DNA of 64,000 nt, from positions 192,001-256,000 of the forward strand of contig CAVYNY010000020.1 of the NCBI GenBank assembly GCA_963769935.1, in the 5' to 3' direction. How positions within the stretch are numbered: the stretch's first letter is position 1; the number at the start of each line of letters is the position of its first letter. The translations under genes and the position numbers were made by a program. Below are positions 39,006 to 48,946 of the stretch, one piece after another. The notes beneath the pieces were generated by a model. That model did no database searches, was not told the DNA's origin, and was given only the letters and a program-made list of their open reading frames with translations. This stretch comes from an uncultured delta proteobacterium (GTDB taxonomy: Bacteria > Desulfobacterota > Desulfobacteria > Desulfobacterales > JAFDCJ01).

Positions 39006-40457
39006 TCAGGCCAATTCCTTCTCCCCGCGCTTTTTTATCTCCTCCAGGCTCGCCAGGGTCTTATCGCCAAGGACCGGCGGCCGGTGTGTTTCCAGGATTT
39101 GCTGAATCTTTTCCCGCACCCGGGTGGCCGTATCTTTGGCGCCGGCTTCCTGCCACCGAGTGTACTGCTGGCGCGTAAATATATCGGGACGCCAGAGTTC
39201 ATGCTGGAAATGCTGCAGGGTATGCTTTGTATCAAGAAAATTACCGCCCGGTCCGACGGATGCAATTATCTCCCGCGCCAGAGCTTGCCGGGATATCTCG
39301 AACCCGCGCAAAAACCGCTTGGTCATTCCGATAAGTTCGTTGCCGACGATCAGCTGTTCCACCGCACAAACCATCCCCATGTCCATGTAGCCGACGTCGT
39401 GAATCAAATTCAGACCCGCCAGCCCCTGCGCCATTATATGGAAGGCGGCTTCGGCGCCGGCCTGGGCATCCAGAACTTTGGCATCGGTAGAGCCGGCCAG
39501 ACCCCAGGTGGGCAGGCCGAAGTGCTGGGCGACCTCGGCCTGGGCCGCCAGGGCTAGGCTCATTTCGGGCGCGGCCGTGCACATCAGCCCGGTGCCCATG
39601 TCGAAAATGCCGAAATTACATCCCAGTCCCACGGGGCTGCCCGGACGGCGAAGTTGAACCAGCACCAGCCCCATCAATGATTCCGCCAATCCCTGGGCGA
39701 CTGCGCCGGCTATCGTCACCGGACCCGTGGCGCCGGGCTGGATCGCCGGGCCCATCATCTGCGGCAGGCCCAGATCGGCGGCGACAAACATTCGCGCCAC
39801 CACCTCGGCGGGAAAGACAAGCGGCGAGATCGATTCGGGATACAAGACCAGAAACGGTTTTTCGCGCAGTCGGTCAAGCCCGCCGCTGACGGCTGCGGCC
39901 ATTTCGTAAACCAGTTCCGTGCCGCGTGCCGAATAGGTCAGGAAAACGATCGGTTTGGCGGTGTTGCCGACAACCGCCGCAAACTCATGCAAGTCGGCGG
40001 CTTTGGCCGGCACATCCTGGCAGGAGCCCATGGGCATCACCCAGTCGATATGTTCCAGGCTGTCGGCTATTTTGGCAGCCCGCGCGATGTCGGCGACGGT
40101 GGTCGGATGCACCGCACCGGTCAGGGCGTCTTTGGTGTTGGGGCTGGCGGTGGAGGTGCCGTAGTAGCTTTTTCGGTTTTCAACCTCCAGGGCCCGCTGC
40201 CCTTCACGATTGTAGATGGTCCAGCCCCTGGGTGCGGTGTTAAGGCATTGCCGGACAATAAACTCCGGCACTCTGATACGATCTTCGGAAACGACGGCGC
40301 CGGCCTTCTTCAGCATGGTTCCGGCATCCGGATGCAGGACTTTGAATCCCACCTTCTCCATCACTTCGAATGCCGCCCGGATTAGTTGCTGAATCTGATC
40401 ATCGGTCAGCATCCTGAACAACGGACTTTGTTTTTTCGTCGAGTTGGTCTGAATCAT
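39006..40457 (-). CDS. MttB-superfamily methyltransferase, non-pyrrolysine
   Basis: YYGT, ESISPL, GATGPVTIAG, AGSTDAKVLDAQ, NLIHDVGYMD, VGPGGNFL. Confidence 0.92.
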   Translation of the reverse strand: MIQTNSTKKQSPLFRMLTDDQIQQLIRAAFEVMEKVGFKVLHPDAGTMLKKAGAVVSEDRIRVPEFIVRQCLNTAPRGWTIYNREGQRALEVENRKSYYGTSTASPNTKDALTGAVHPTTVADIARAAKIADSLEHIDWVMPMGSCQDVPAKAADLHEFAAVVGNTAKPIVFLTYSARGTELVYEMAAAVSGGLDRLREKPFLVLYPESISPLVFPAEVVARMFVAADLGLPQMMGPAIQPGATGPVTIAGAVAQGLAESLMGLVLVQLRRPGSPVGLGCNFGIFDMGTGLMCTAAPEMSLALAAQAEVAQHFGLPTWGLAGSTDAKVLDAQAGAEAAFHIMAQGLAGLNLIHDVGYMDMGMVCAVEQLIVGNELIGMTKRFLRGFEISRQALAREIIASVGPGGNFLDTKHTLQHFQHELWRPDIFTRQQYTRWQEAGAKDTATRVREKIQQILETHRPPVLGDKTLASLEEIKKRGEKELA

Positions 40458-40654
40458 AATCCGCACCTCCGGCTTGATAGGGTTGAGCAGGACTTAATTT
40501 TCGATCATTTTTGTATAGTTTATCGCTTGACCATTTTCAACATTTTCTTTATTGTTGATGGCAACTGCACGAGACCATATAGCAGATTCCCCGCAATCCG
40601 CTGTTCTAATGCATGTTTAATACAATCCGCATCAACCTGCGGAGATCCACGTGT

Positions 40655-40825
40655 GCCCGTTGGCCCGTCTGCCGGTCAGCCGGTTTTCATGTGGGCCGGT
40701 AAACCGAAACGGGCCGGCGAACCTGTAGGCTGACCGGGCAGCTGACTAATCGGCCGACGGGTCAACCGGATAACCGGTCAACGAGCAAACGGGCCAACGG
40801 GCCAACCGGCTAACGGAACAACCCG
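40655..40825. repeat. Inverted-arm element, family B (CGTTGGCC / GGCCAACG octamers), copy 1
   Basis: gcccgttggcccgtctgccggtcagccggtt ... aaccggtcaacgagcaaacgggccaacgggccaaccggctaacgg. Confidence 0.75.
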
Positions 40826-40897
40826 TCCCACTATTCACCGCATTGATTAGGGCTTTGCGACACCTAGAAAAAATACTTGATCAAAGGAGTTAAGTAC

Positions 40898-42202
40898 ATG
40901 GATAAAAATTATGATGCAATCATTGTCGGCGCCGGCATCATCGGTTGCTGTACGGCTTTTGAGTTGGCGAAAAGGGGCTACAAAACGCTTAACGTTGAAA
41001 AACTGGGGGCCTCGGGGCAGGGGTCGACCGGGGGGTCGTGTGCCATCATCCGGCTGCACTACTCGACGCCCGACGGTGTCGCCATGGCCCGTGAAGGCTA
41101 TTACTACTGGCTTGAATGGCCGCAACATCTGCAGGTCGAAGACAAGGCCGGCATGGCCCGCTACGTCAACACCGGCTGCCTGGTTATCAAAACAGCCCTG
41201 AACAAATATCTGAAAAATGTTATGGCCAGTCTGGACAATATGGGCGTCGCTTACGAAGAACTGGATCGGGCCGGCATCCGGGAAAAAATGCCGCTGCTGG
41301 ATCTGCAGACATACTTTCCACCCAAGCTTCTCAACGATCCGGATTTCGGCCGCCCCACCGGCGAAGCCATCGAGGGCGCAATTTTTGTCCCCGAGTCCGG
41401 CTACATCACCGACCCGCAGCTGTCGACCCACAATGCCCAGATGGCAGCCGAGGCCAAAGGCGGGGAGTTCCGGTTCAATGCCGAAGTTGTGGAAATTCTG
41501 AAAAAGGACGGTCGGGTGGCCGGCGTCCGATTGAAAGACGGATCACGGGTATACGCGCCCGTGGTTGTTAATATCGCCGGGCCGCATTCGTATCTCATCA
41601 ACCGCATGGCCGGGGTCGAGAAGGGCATGAAAATCAAGACCCGGGCCCTGCGGCAGGAAGTCTGCCATGTGCCCGCCCCCGAAGGTTTTGACTACGAGAA
41701 AGCCGGAATGATCATATCGGACGGCGATATCGGCTGCTACTCGCGCCCGGAAGTCGGCAATCACGTGCTGATCGGCAGCGAAGATCCGGAGTGTGACGAA
41801 CGCGAATTTGTCCATCCGGATGATTATGACAGCAGCTTCACGGACCAGTGGACCACCCAGGCCATGCGCGAAGCCCAGCGCATCAAAGGGCTGCCCATCC
41901 CCAACCAGGCCCAGGGCGTCGTCGACCTTTACGACGTCTCCGACGACTGGATTCCGATTTACGACAAATCCGATTTGCCGGGTTATTACATGGCCATCGG
42001 CACATCGGGAAATCAATACAAAAACGCCCCGGTAGCCGGCGTATTAATGGCCGAGTTGATTCAAAAGGTCGAAGCCGGCCACGATCACGACAACGATCCG
42101 GTCAGGTTCGTCATGCGGCATACCGGCCGGGAATGCAACATCGGTTTTTTCAGCCGGTTAAGAGAGATCAACCCCGATTCCAGCTTTTCGGTCATCGGAT
42201 AA
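40898..42202 (+). CDS. FAD-dependent oxidoreductase, DAO / sarcosine oxidase beta-like
   Basis: IVGAGIIG Rossmann motif, GST..S.AIIR, VVNIAG, DVSDDWIPI, GTSGNQYKNAP. Confidence 0.88.
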   Translation: MDKNYDAIIVGAGIIGCCTAFELAKRGYKTLNVEKLGASGQGSTGGSCAIIRLHYSTPDGVAMAREGYYYWLEWPQHLQVEDKAGMARYVNTGCLVIKTALNKYLKNVMASLDNMGVAYEELDRAGIREKMPLLDLQTYFPPKLLNDPDFGRPTGEAIEGAIFVPESGYITDPQLSTHNAQMAAEAKGGEFRFNAEVVEILKKDGRVAGVRLKDGSRVYAPVVVNIAGPHSYLINRMAGVEKGMKIKTRALRQEVCHVPAPEGFDYEKAGMIISDGDIGCYSRPEVGNHVLIGSEDPECDEREFVHPDDYDSSFTDQWTTQAMREAQRIKGLPIPNQAQGVVDLYDVSDDWIPIYDKSDLPGYYMAIGTSGNQYKNAPVAGVLMAELIQKVEAGHDHDNDPVRFVMRHTGRECNIGFFSRLREINPDSSFSVIG

Positions 42203-42243
42203 TCCCCCGGCTTCAAGATCCCCAGGGATTTCAAGGTAGAGAT

Positions 42244-43245
42244 ATGAATAAGGTCCTGCTGGAGGTCCGCGATCTGCGCGTATACTTCCATGTCAAGGAA
42301 GGCGTCGCCCGGGCGGTCGACGGAGTTTCCTTCAAGCTCCGGCGGGGTGAAACCCTGGGACTGGTCGGGGAAAGTGGCTGCGGTAAGACCGTGACCTCGC
42401 TTTCGATTTTGAAACTGCTGGATGTCCCGCCGGCTGAATATCGGGGGGGAGAGATCCTTTTCGAAGGACGGGATCTGCTTAAAGCCGGCGAAAAGGAAAT
42501 GCGCCGGGTGCGGGGCAAGACGATTTCCATGATCTTCCAGGAGCCCATGACCTCGCTGAACCCGGTCTTGTCCATCGGCTTTCAGATTGCAGAGGTGCTG
42601 ACCACCCACCATAAAATGCGGCCGGCATCCGCCCGTGACCGCGCCGTTGAGTTGTTGACCATGGTGGGCATTCCATCACCCGAGCGACGGGTGGATGAGT
42701 ATCCGCACCAGCTGTCCGGCGGAATGCGGCAGCGGATGATGATTGCCATGGCGCTGGCCTGCAATCCCCAGGTGCTGATTGCCGATGAGCCCACCACGGC
42801 GCTGGACGTTACCATCCAGGCCCAGATCCTGGAGTTGATGAACCGGCTGCAGGCCGACCTGGGAGCCAGCGTTCTGCTGATCACCCATGACCTCGGGGTC
42901 ATTGCCGAGACGGCCCGGCGGGTGTCCGTCATGTATGCCGGCCGGATTGTCGAGGAGGCCGATGTAAAGACAATATTTAAATCCCCGGTCCATCCCTACA
43001 CCCAGGGGCTGCTGCAGTCCATACCCAGAATCGACGAGGAGCAGCGGCCGCATCGGCTGAGCGAAATACCCGGGCGGGTGCCGAACCTGTGTTTTTTGCC
43101 GCGCGGCTGTGCTTTTTATGACCGCTGCCCGATTCACATAGCGCAGTGCGTCGCGGAACGGCCTGAACTGCTGCCGGTGGAGGAAGGGCATCTGGCTGCC
43201 TGCTGGAGAGCCGAGGAGACCCTGAAAGGATCAAGCCTTGGCTGA
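42244..43245 (+). CDS. ABC ATP-binding protein, OppD/DppD-like
   Basis: [29 protein letters not shown]. Confidence 0.93.
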   Translation: MNKVLLEVRDLRVYFHVKEGVARAVDGVSFKLRRGETLGLVGESGCGKTVTSLSILKLLDVPPAEYRGGEILFEGRDLLKAGEKEMRRVRGKTISMIFQEPMTSLNPVLSIGFQIAEVLTTHHKMRPASARDRAVELLTMVGIPSPERRVDEYPHQLSGGMRQRMMIAMALACNPQVLIADEPTTALDVTIQAQILELMNRLQADLGASVLLITHDLGVIAETARRVSVMYAGRIVEEADVKTIFKSPVHPYTQGLLQSIPRIDEEQRPHRLSEIPGRVPNLCFLPRGCAFYDRCPIHIAQCVAERPELLPVEEGHLAACWRAEETLKGSSLG

Positions 43246-44203
43246 AGCGCTTATCGAAGTTGACGGACTCGTCAAGCATTTTGCGATCAAACGGGGTATT
43301 TTCTCCCGGGTGTCCGGTTATGTCCATGCGGTGGACGGCATCAGCCTGCGGGTGATGAAGGGCCAGACGCTGGGACTGGTCGGGGAAAGCGGCTGCGGTA
43401 AAACAACGGCCGGCAAAACGATCCTTAAACTGCTGGAGCCGACCGCCGGCACCATTCGATACAACGGGGACGATATCACCCACTACAAACGGTCGCAAAT
43501 GAAGGGGCTGCGGCGGGAAATGCAGATTATTTTTCAGGATCCGTTCTCCTCGCTGAATCCGCGCCATACGGTCAGTGCGATCATTGCCGCGCCTTTGGAA
43601 ATTCACAAGCTGGTCGATCCGTCGCAGAAGGAAGACCGGATCGCCGATCTATTGCGCAAGGTCGGTCTGTCGGCCGCCGCCATGCGACGCTATCCCCACG
43701 AGTTTTCCGGCGGTCAGCGGCAGCGAATCGGCATTGCCCGGGCGTTGGCGGTGAACCCCCGGCTGATTGTGGGCGATGAACCGGTTTCGGCGTTGGATGT
43801 ATCCATTCAGGCTCAAATTTTGAACTTACTGGAAGACCTGCAGGATGAGCTGGGTCTGACTTACCTCATGATTGCCCATGATTTGAGCGTCATCCGTCAC
43901 ATCGCCGATGTCATCACCGTCATGTACCTGGGTAAAATCGTTGAAACCGCCGCGAACAGGGAGCTATACCGGCATCCGCTGCATCCCTACACCCAGGCCC
44001 TGCTCTCGGCCGTGCCGATACCCGACCCGGAGCACAAGCCGCAGCGGATGATTCTGAAGGGCGACGTACCGTCTCCGATTCGGCCGCCGGCGGGCTGCCG
44101 CTTTCATCCGCGCTGCCCGCAGCGGTTTGAGCCTTGCGACAAAATAGAGCCCGAGTTCAAGATCGTTGAAGACGGCCACGGCGTTGCGTGTCATTTATAC
44201 TAG
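43238..44203 (+). CDS. ABC ATP-binding protein, OppF/DppF-like
   Basis: [32 protein letters not shown]. Confidence 0.93.
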   Translation: MAEALIEVDGLVKHFAIKRGIFSRVSGYVHAVDGISLRVMKGQTLGLVGESGCGKTTAGKTILKLLEPTAGTIRYNGDDITHYKRSQMKGLRREMQIIFQDPFSSLNPRHTVSAIIAAPLEIHKLVDPSQKEDRIADLLRKVGLSAAAMRRYPHEFSGGQRQRIGIARALAVNPRLIVGDEPVSALDVSIQAQILNLLEDLQDELGLTYLMIAHDLSVIRHIADVITVMYLGKIVETAANRELYRHPLHPYTQALLSAVPIPDPEHKPQRMILKGDVPSPIRPPAGCRFHPRCPQRFEPCDKIEPEFKIVEDGHGVACHLY

Positions 44204-44260
44204 TGATAGAAGCGGGAGGCCGGCGGCGCAAAAATCAGGATCGGCCGCAGGAGGTTAGCG

Positions 44261-45214
44261 GTGCTACAATACATCATCAAACGGGTTCTACAGGCCATAC
44301 CGCTTCTGATCGGTGTATCGATCATCGGTTTTTCCATGATGCACCTTGCACCCGGGGGACCGCTGGCCGTTTACACCCTTAATCCGACCATTACCGCCCA
44401 GGACATCGAACGGATCAAACAGGTATTCGGCCTCGACCAGCCGCTTCACATTCAATACTTTAAGTGGGCGTACGGTATTTTTACCGGCAACTGGGGCTAT
44501 ACCTTTTTCGGCGGCCGGCCGGTTCTGAACGTGATCCTGGAGCGGTTTCCGGCAACCCTTTTACTGATGGGGTCGGGAATGTCCCTGGCCATCATCCTCG
44601 GCATGCTGATCGGTATTCTGGGTGCGGTCCGGCGCTACTCGATTTTCGACTACCTGGCGACCAGCGGGGCCATGGTGGCGCTTTCCTTTCCGACATTCTG
44701 GTTCGGGCTGATGACCATATTCTTATTTTCACTAAAGCTCGGCTGGCTGCCGTCCGGCGGCATGTACACCCTGGGCGGGGAAGAAGGCATCCTGGATATT
44801 TTAAAGCATTTAATCCTGCCCACGGTGGTCCTGGCTCTGGTGCTCGTGGCCCAATGGAGCCGCTATTCACGCTCCAGTTTCCTGGAAGTCATTCATCAGG
44901 ACTACATTCGAACCGCCAAATCCAAGGGGCTTTCCGGGGGCCGCATTCTGTTTCGCCATGCGTTCCCCAACGCCGTGGCACCTTTGATTGCGCTGGCCGG
45001 AATCCAGCTTCCCTGGCTTTTCTCGGGTGCCCTGGTGACCGAAACCATTTTTGGATGGCCGGGGATGGGGCGCCTGTTTGTCGATGCGCTGACAATGAAA
45101 GAATACCCCGTGCTGATGGGCATGGTCATGATTACGGCCATATTTGTAATTATCGGCAATCTTTTGGCCGACCTAATGAATGCGCTCATCGATCCGCGGA
45201 TAAGATTGCAATGA
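44261..45214 (+). CDS. ABC permease, OppB/DppB-like
   Basis: DYIRTAKSKG, ETIFGWPGMG, IDPRIR. Confidence 0.93.
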   Translation: MLQYIIKRVLQAIPLLIGVSIIGFSMMHLAPGGPLAVYTLNPTITAQDIERIKQVFGLDQPLHIQYFKWAYGIFTGNWGYTFFGGRPVLNVILERFPATLLLMGSGMSLAIILGMLIGILGAVRRYSIFDYLATSGAMVALSFPTFWFGLMTIFLFSLKLGWLPSGGMYTLGGEEGILDILKHLILPTVVLALVLVAQWSRYSRSSFLEVIHQDYIRTAKSKGLSGGRILFRHAFPNAVAPLIALAGIQLPWLFSGALVTETIFGWPGMGRLFVDALTMKEYPVLMGMVMITAIFVIIGNLLADLMNALIDPRIRLQ

Positions 45215-46161
45215 TGACTGATTCAAACCAGACCAAAATCGATGGGACCGGGGACGCCGAACCTGGCGACGGCCGGGAGCACGCTCCCGTCGCGGGGCTG
45301 ACCATCCACTATTATGAGAGCCAGAGCCGGCGGATCTGGCGGCGGTTTTTACAGCACCGGCTGGCCGTGGCGGGCGGCGGCGTGGTGATCATGCTGCTGC
45401 TTATGGCGCTGCTGGCCGGTTTTATCTCGCCGCACGACCCCCTGGCCCTGGACACGCAGCGACGGTTTATCCCCCCATTGAAGGAGTCGAATTATTTTCT
45501 GGGAACCGATGAAATGGGGCGGGATTTGCTGAGCCGGCTTTTCTACGGCGGCCGCATCAGCCTGGTGGTCGGCGTGGCCGCCATGTTTGCCACGATCGTG
45601 ACCGGTCTGACCATCGGACTGATATCCGGTTTTTACGGCGGCAAAGTGGACATGATCCTGATGCGCTTCACCGACACGATGCTCTGCTTTCCGCAGGTGT
45701 TTCTGCTGCTGGTGCTGGCGGCCTTTATTACCCCGACGGTGATTTCCATCGCTCTGATTATCGGACTGACATCCTGGATGGAGGTGGCCCGTATCATTCG
45801 CGCTCAGATCCAGTATGTCAAAGAGCAGGATTTCGTGCAGGCGGCGTTTGCACTGGGCGCCTCGGAAATGCGCATTATGTTCAAAGAGCTGCTGCCCAAT
45901 GCCCTCGCACCGGTCCTGGTATCCGCGACCCTCAATGTCGCCAATGCGGTGCTCATGGAGTCGTATATCAGCTTTTTGGGGTACGGCATTCAGCCGCCGC
46001 TGGCCAGCTGGGGCAATATGTTGACCAACGCCCAGTCTTACTTTGATTTGGCCCCCTGGCTGGCCATTTTGCCCGGGGCCATGATCACCTTGACGGTGAT
46101 GAGTTTTAATTTCCTGGGAGACGGTCTGCGCGACGCCCTGGATCCCAGGCTGAGAATGTAG
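45211..46161 (+). CDS. ABC permease, OppC/DppC-like
   Basis: LGTDEMGRD, FVQAAFALGA, SWGNML, GDGLRDALDPR. Confidence 0.93.
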   Translation: MMTDSNQTKIDGTGDAEPGDGREHAPVAGLTIHYYESQSRRIWRRFLQHRLAVAGGGVVIMLLLMALLAGFISPHDPLALDTQRRFIPPLKESNYFLGTDEMGRDLLSRLFYGGRISLVVGVAAMFATIVTGLTIGLISGFYGGKVDMILMRFTDTMLCFPQVFLLLVLAAFITPTVISIALIIGLTSWMEVARIIRAQIQYVKEQDFVQAAFALGASEMRIMFKELLPNALAPVLVSATLNVANAVLMESYISFLGYGIQPPLASWGNMLTNAQSYFDLAPWLAILPGAMITLTVMSFNFLGDGLRDALDPRLRM

Positions 46162-46279
46162 CCTGGGAGGTAAAGTCAAAGCCTGACCTTCCGGCCAGGA
46201 TTTTAAACCTGATGCGCTGAACTCGGCTGACGGCATTCATTGCGCCATACCAGCCACAACCTTGAAAAGGAGAATTGCT

Positions 46280-47917
46280 ATGGAACGAAAAGGAATGACC
46301 AGACGTGATTTTATCAAGACCACCGGGGCCTTGACGGCTTTCGCTGCGGCGGCCGGCATGGGCATCCCCCGGCGGGCCTGGGCCGGGAAAAACAACGTTA
46401 TCATCGGCATGACCCAGGAGCCGGTCAACTTCAATGCCCTGCTGTATGTCAATTCCGGCACCGAAGAAGTTCCGGAAGCCTGCATTTTCGATGCCCTGTG
46501 GGACGTGAACGACAAGGGCGAATTCATACCGAATCTGGCCGTCCGCGTGCCGACCCTGGAAAACGGCGGCATCTCCCCGGACGGACTGGTCTGGAAGATC
46601 GAGCTGAAAAAGGGCGTCAAGTGGCAGGACGGCGCCCCGTTTACGGCCAAAGATGTTGAGTTCACTTACCAGACCATCGTCAATCCCAAAGTGGCCATCC
46701 GCTCGCGGTCGGGATTCGACCTGATCTCCGAATTTAAAATCATCGACGACTACAATGCGGAGATCCATCTTGCCAAGCCGTTTGTGCCGTTTGCCTGGGC
46801 CTGGCAGAAAATGCACATTGTCCCCGAACACATTCTGGCCAAAGTCCCGGACATCAACACGGCGCCGTACAACACCAACCCAATCGGGACCGGGCCTTAC
46901 AGACTGGTCAAACGGGTCGCCGGCAGCCACATGGTGTACAACCGCAACATGGAATACCATCGCGGTGCCCCGGCCATTGAAACGGTAATTCACAAATTCG
47001 TGCCCGATCAGACCGTGCTCTACACCCAGTTTAAAACCGGTGAGATCGATGTGCTCGGCCTGCACGGCGTGCCGCCCGAAAGGTTTGAAGAATCCCGCCA
47101 CCTGCCGGGCCTTGACGCGCTCGAGACCCCCGCGCCCTGGGTCGAGTTTATCTATTTCAACTGCGGCAAACCCCAATTCGAGGAAAAAGTCGTGCGCCAG
47201 GCGCTTTACTATGCCGTGGACAAGGAAAAGTGGATCAAGGACATCTACTACGGTCTGCCGCCCCGCACGCTGTCCTATCTGCACCCGAATCACTGGGCTT
47301 ACAATTCCAATCTGAAAGACCCCGGCTTCGATCCGGGACGTGCGGCCGAGATGCTCGATGCCGCCGGCTGGAAGAAGGGCTCCGACGGCATCCGCGAGAA
47401 AAACGGGGTCAAGCTGAAGTTCTCCATGTCCACCACCGCCGGCTCCAAAGCCCGCGAACAGGCCGAGGCCATGGTCCAGGCCAACTGGAAGGAAATCGGC
47501 GTGGCCATGGAAATCAAAAACATGCCCGCCTCAGTGGTCTGGGGCGAGTACACCACCAAGAGCCAGTTCGACACCCTGATGGTCGGCTGGGAGCCCACTG
47601 TGGGCATGGATCCGGACTACACCGCCCGCTGCCATTCCAAGCAGATCCCCGCCAAGTACGGCACCGGTTCGAATTATGTGCAGTATGAAAATCCCGCGTT
47701 GGACAAACTGCTGGAAGAAGGCGTGCTCATATCCGACATGCAGAAGCGTAAAGCCGTCTACGACAAAATACAGGCCATCCTGGCCGATGACGTCCCCTTC
47801 GCGCCGATCTTCGCCTACACGTTCATGTATGGCAAAAAGAGCGATCTGCAGGGATATAAAATCAACCCCTATGTGACCGACATTACCTGGAACATCCAGG
47901 ACTGGTCGTGGTCATAA
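46280..47917 (+). CDS. ABC substrate-binding protein, family 5, Tat signal
   Basis: TRRDFIK, LKKGVKWQDG, GTGPY. Confidence 0.93.
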   Translation: MERKGMTRRDFIKTTGALTAFAAAAGMGIPRRAWAGKNNVIIGMTQEPVNFNALLYVNSGTEEVPEACIFDALWDVNDKGEFIPNLAVRVPTLENGGISPDGLVWKIELKKGVKWQDGAPFTAKDVEFTYQTIVNPKVAIRSRSGFDLISEFKIIDDYNAEIHLAKPFVPFAWAWQKMHIVPEHILAKVPDINTAPYNTNPIGTGPYRLVKRVAGSHMVYNRNMEYHRGAPAIETVIHKFVPDQTVLYTQFKTGEIDVLGLHGVPPERFEESRHLPGLDALETPAPWVEFIYFNCGKPQFEEKVVRQALYYAVDKEKWIKDIYYGLPPRTLSYLHPNHWAYNSNLKDPGFDPGRAAEMLDAAGWKKGSDGIREKNGVKLKFSMSTTAGSKAREQAEAMVQANWKEIGVAMEIKNMPASVVWGEYTTKSQFDTLMVGWEPTVGMDPDYTARCHSKQIPAKYGTGSNYVQYENPALDKLLEEGVLISDMQKRKAVYDKIQAILADDVPFAPIFAYTFMYGKKSDLQGYKINPYVTDITWNIQDWSWS

Positions 47918-47965
47918 AAACATCACGGTCGCCTGTTCTATATTGTTCGTGAAGTTGTCCTGTAA

Positions 47966-48006
47966 AAAACGGCTGCGGGAACTTCGTTCCCGCAGCCGTT
48001 TTGTTT
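47966..48006 (+). terminator. Rho-independent terminator (likely bidirectional)
   Basis: aaaacggctgcgggaac-ttc-gttcccgcagccgtttt-gttt between convergent genes. Confidence 0.85.
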
Positions 48007-48130
48007 AATGCGGGCAGATTGCAGGTCGGCTGCTGCTGAACCACCCAAAAAGTAATCCGGGGGAAATCCATGTATCAGGCGGCTTTGGGCGGGCTTCGGT
48101 CATTAAGAAGGCAGGCGTATGATTCTGGCC

Positions 48131-48904
48131 TTATTCGGCCGCCGGAAGACTGAATGAGAAGCAGGCACCCTTCCCCAGCTCGCTTTCACACCGGATTGAC
48201 CCGCCCAGAAGGTCGATCAATTCCTTGGCCACCGCCAGGCCGTAGCCGGTTGCAGGCTCGTCGCCGGTCGGCACACTGCTGAGGGTGACGCCTTTTTGAA
48301 ATAAGCCGGCCTGGTCCTGGGCACTCAAGCCCGGCCCGCCGTCCCTGACGCTGCATTCGACCACCTTTGATGATTCATCGATGGTCACCAGAATCTCGCG
48401 TTCATGGTATGAATACTTGACGGCATTTGAAAGCAGGTTGTCCATAACGGCGGCCACGGCCACCCGGTCGGCCCGGACATAGGCCGGGTCCGCCTTGGAT
48501 TCCAATTTGATTCGAATCTGTTTTTGACTTGCCAGAAGCTGGTAATAGTTGCACGCGCGCCGGACCAATCTGGAGAGGTCAAATCTTTCGAAGGTTAGTT
48601 CGGGATTTTTTCGAATGGTGGCATCATTCATCAGTTCTGCCACAATATGTGACATGAGGCGGGCGGTGCGCTTGAGACCTTTAAGCCAGTCCTGGACCTG
48701 TTGATCCGGATAATCCTTTAGTGAGATCCGCAATAAATCGGTGGTCGCGGTGGTAACGCTTAAAAAATTATTCAGGGCATGAGCCGAAAATGCAACCGAA
48801 GTGGGATCGAAGGAGGGTATTTTTTGAAGATCCCCCAGTGCGCGCTCTAAATCCGCTTTGGCGTGTAAAATGGCGGCGGAAATCTTATCCTTGGCTTCAC
48901 TCAT
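48131..48904 (-). CDS. Histidine kinase (HisKA-like plus HATPase_c) with no sensor domain
   Basis: AHALNN H-box, NLLSNAVKY, DGGPG, GYGLA, G.GACF. Confidence 0.85.
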   Translation of the reverse strand: MSEAKDKISAAILHAKADLERALGDLQKIPSFDPTSVAFSAHALNNFLSVTTATTDLLRISLKDYPDQQVQDWLKGLKRTARLMSHIVAELMNDATIRKNPELTFERFDLSRLVRRACNYYQLLASQKQIRIKLESKADPAYVRADRVAVAAVMDNLLSNAVKYSYHEREILVTIDESSKVVECSVRDGGPGLSAQDQAGLFQKGVTLSSVPTGDEPATGYGLAVAKELIDLLGGSIRCESELGKGACFSFSLPAAE

Positions 48905-48946
48905 TTTAAAGTCCCCTGTTGATAGCCGTTGTTTCCATAAAAAAAT

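Noticed and set aside
12097..40457. Pyrrolysine readthrough in the MttB genes
   Set aside because: All three full genes are open without an in-frame TAG; the position before the (S/T)D motif is L, T or S; no pyl genes
46106..47293. Long antisense or alternative-frame ORFs (also 2533-3540, 5112-5894, 6929-7747, 45349-46236)
   Set aside because: They overlap well-supported genes and are typical shadow ORFs of GC-rich coding DNA
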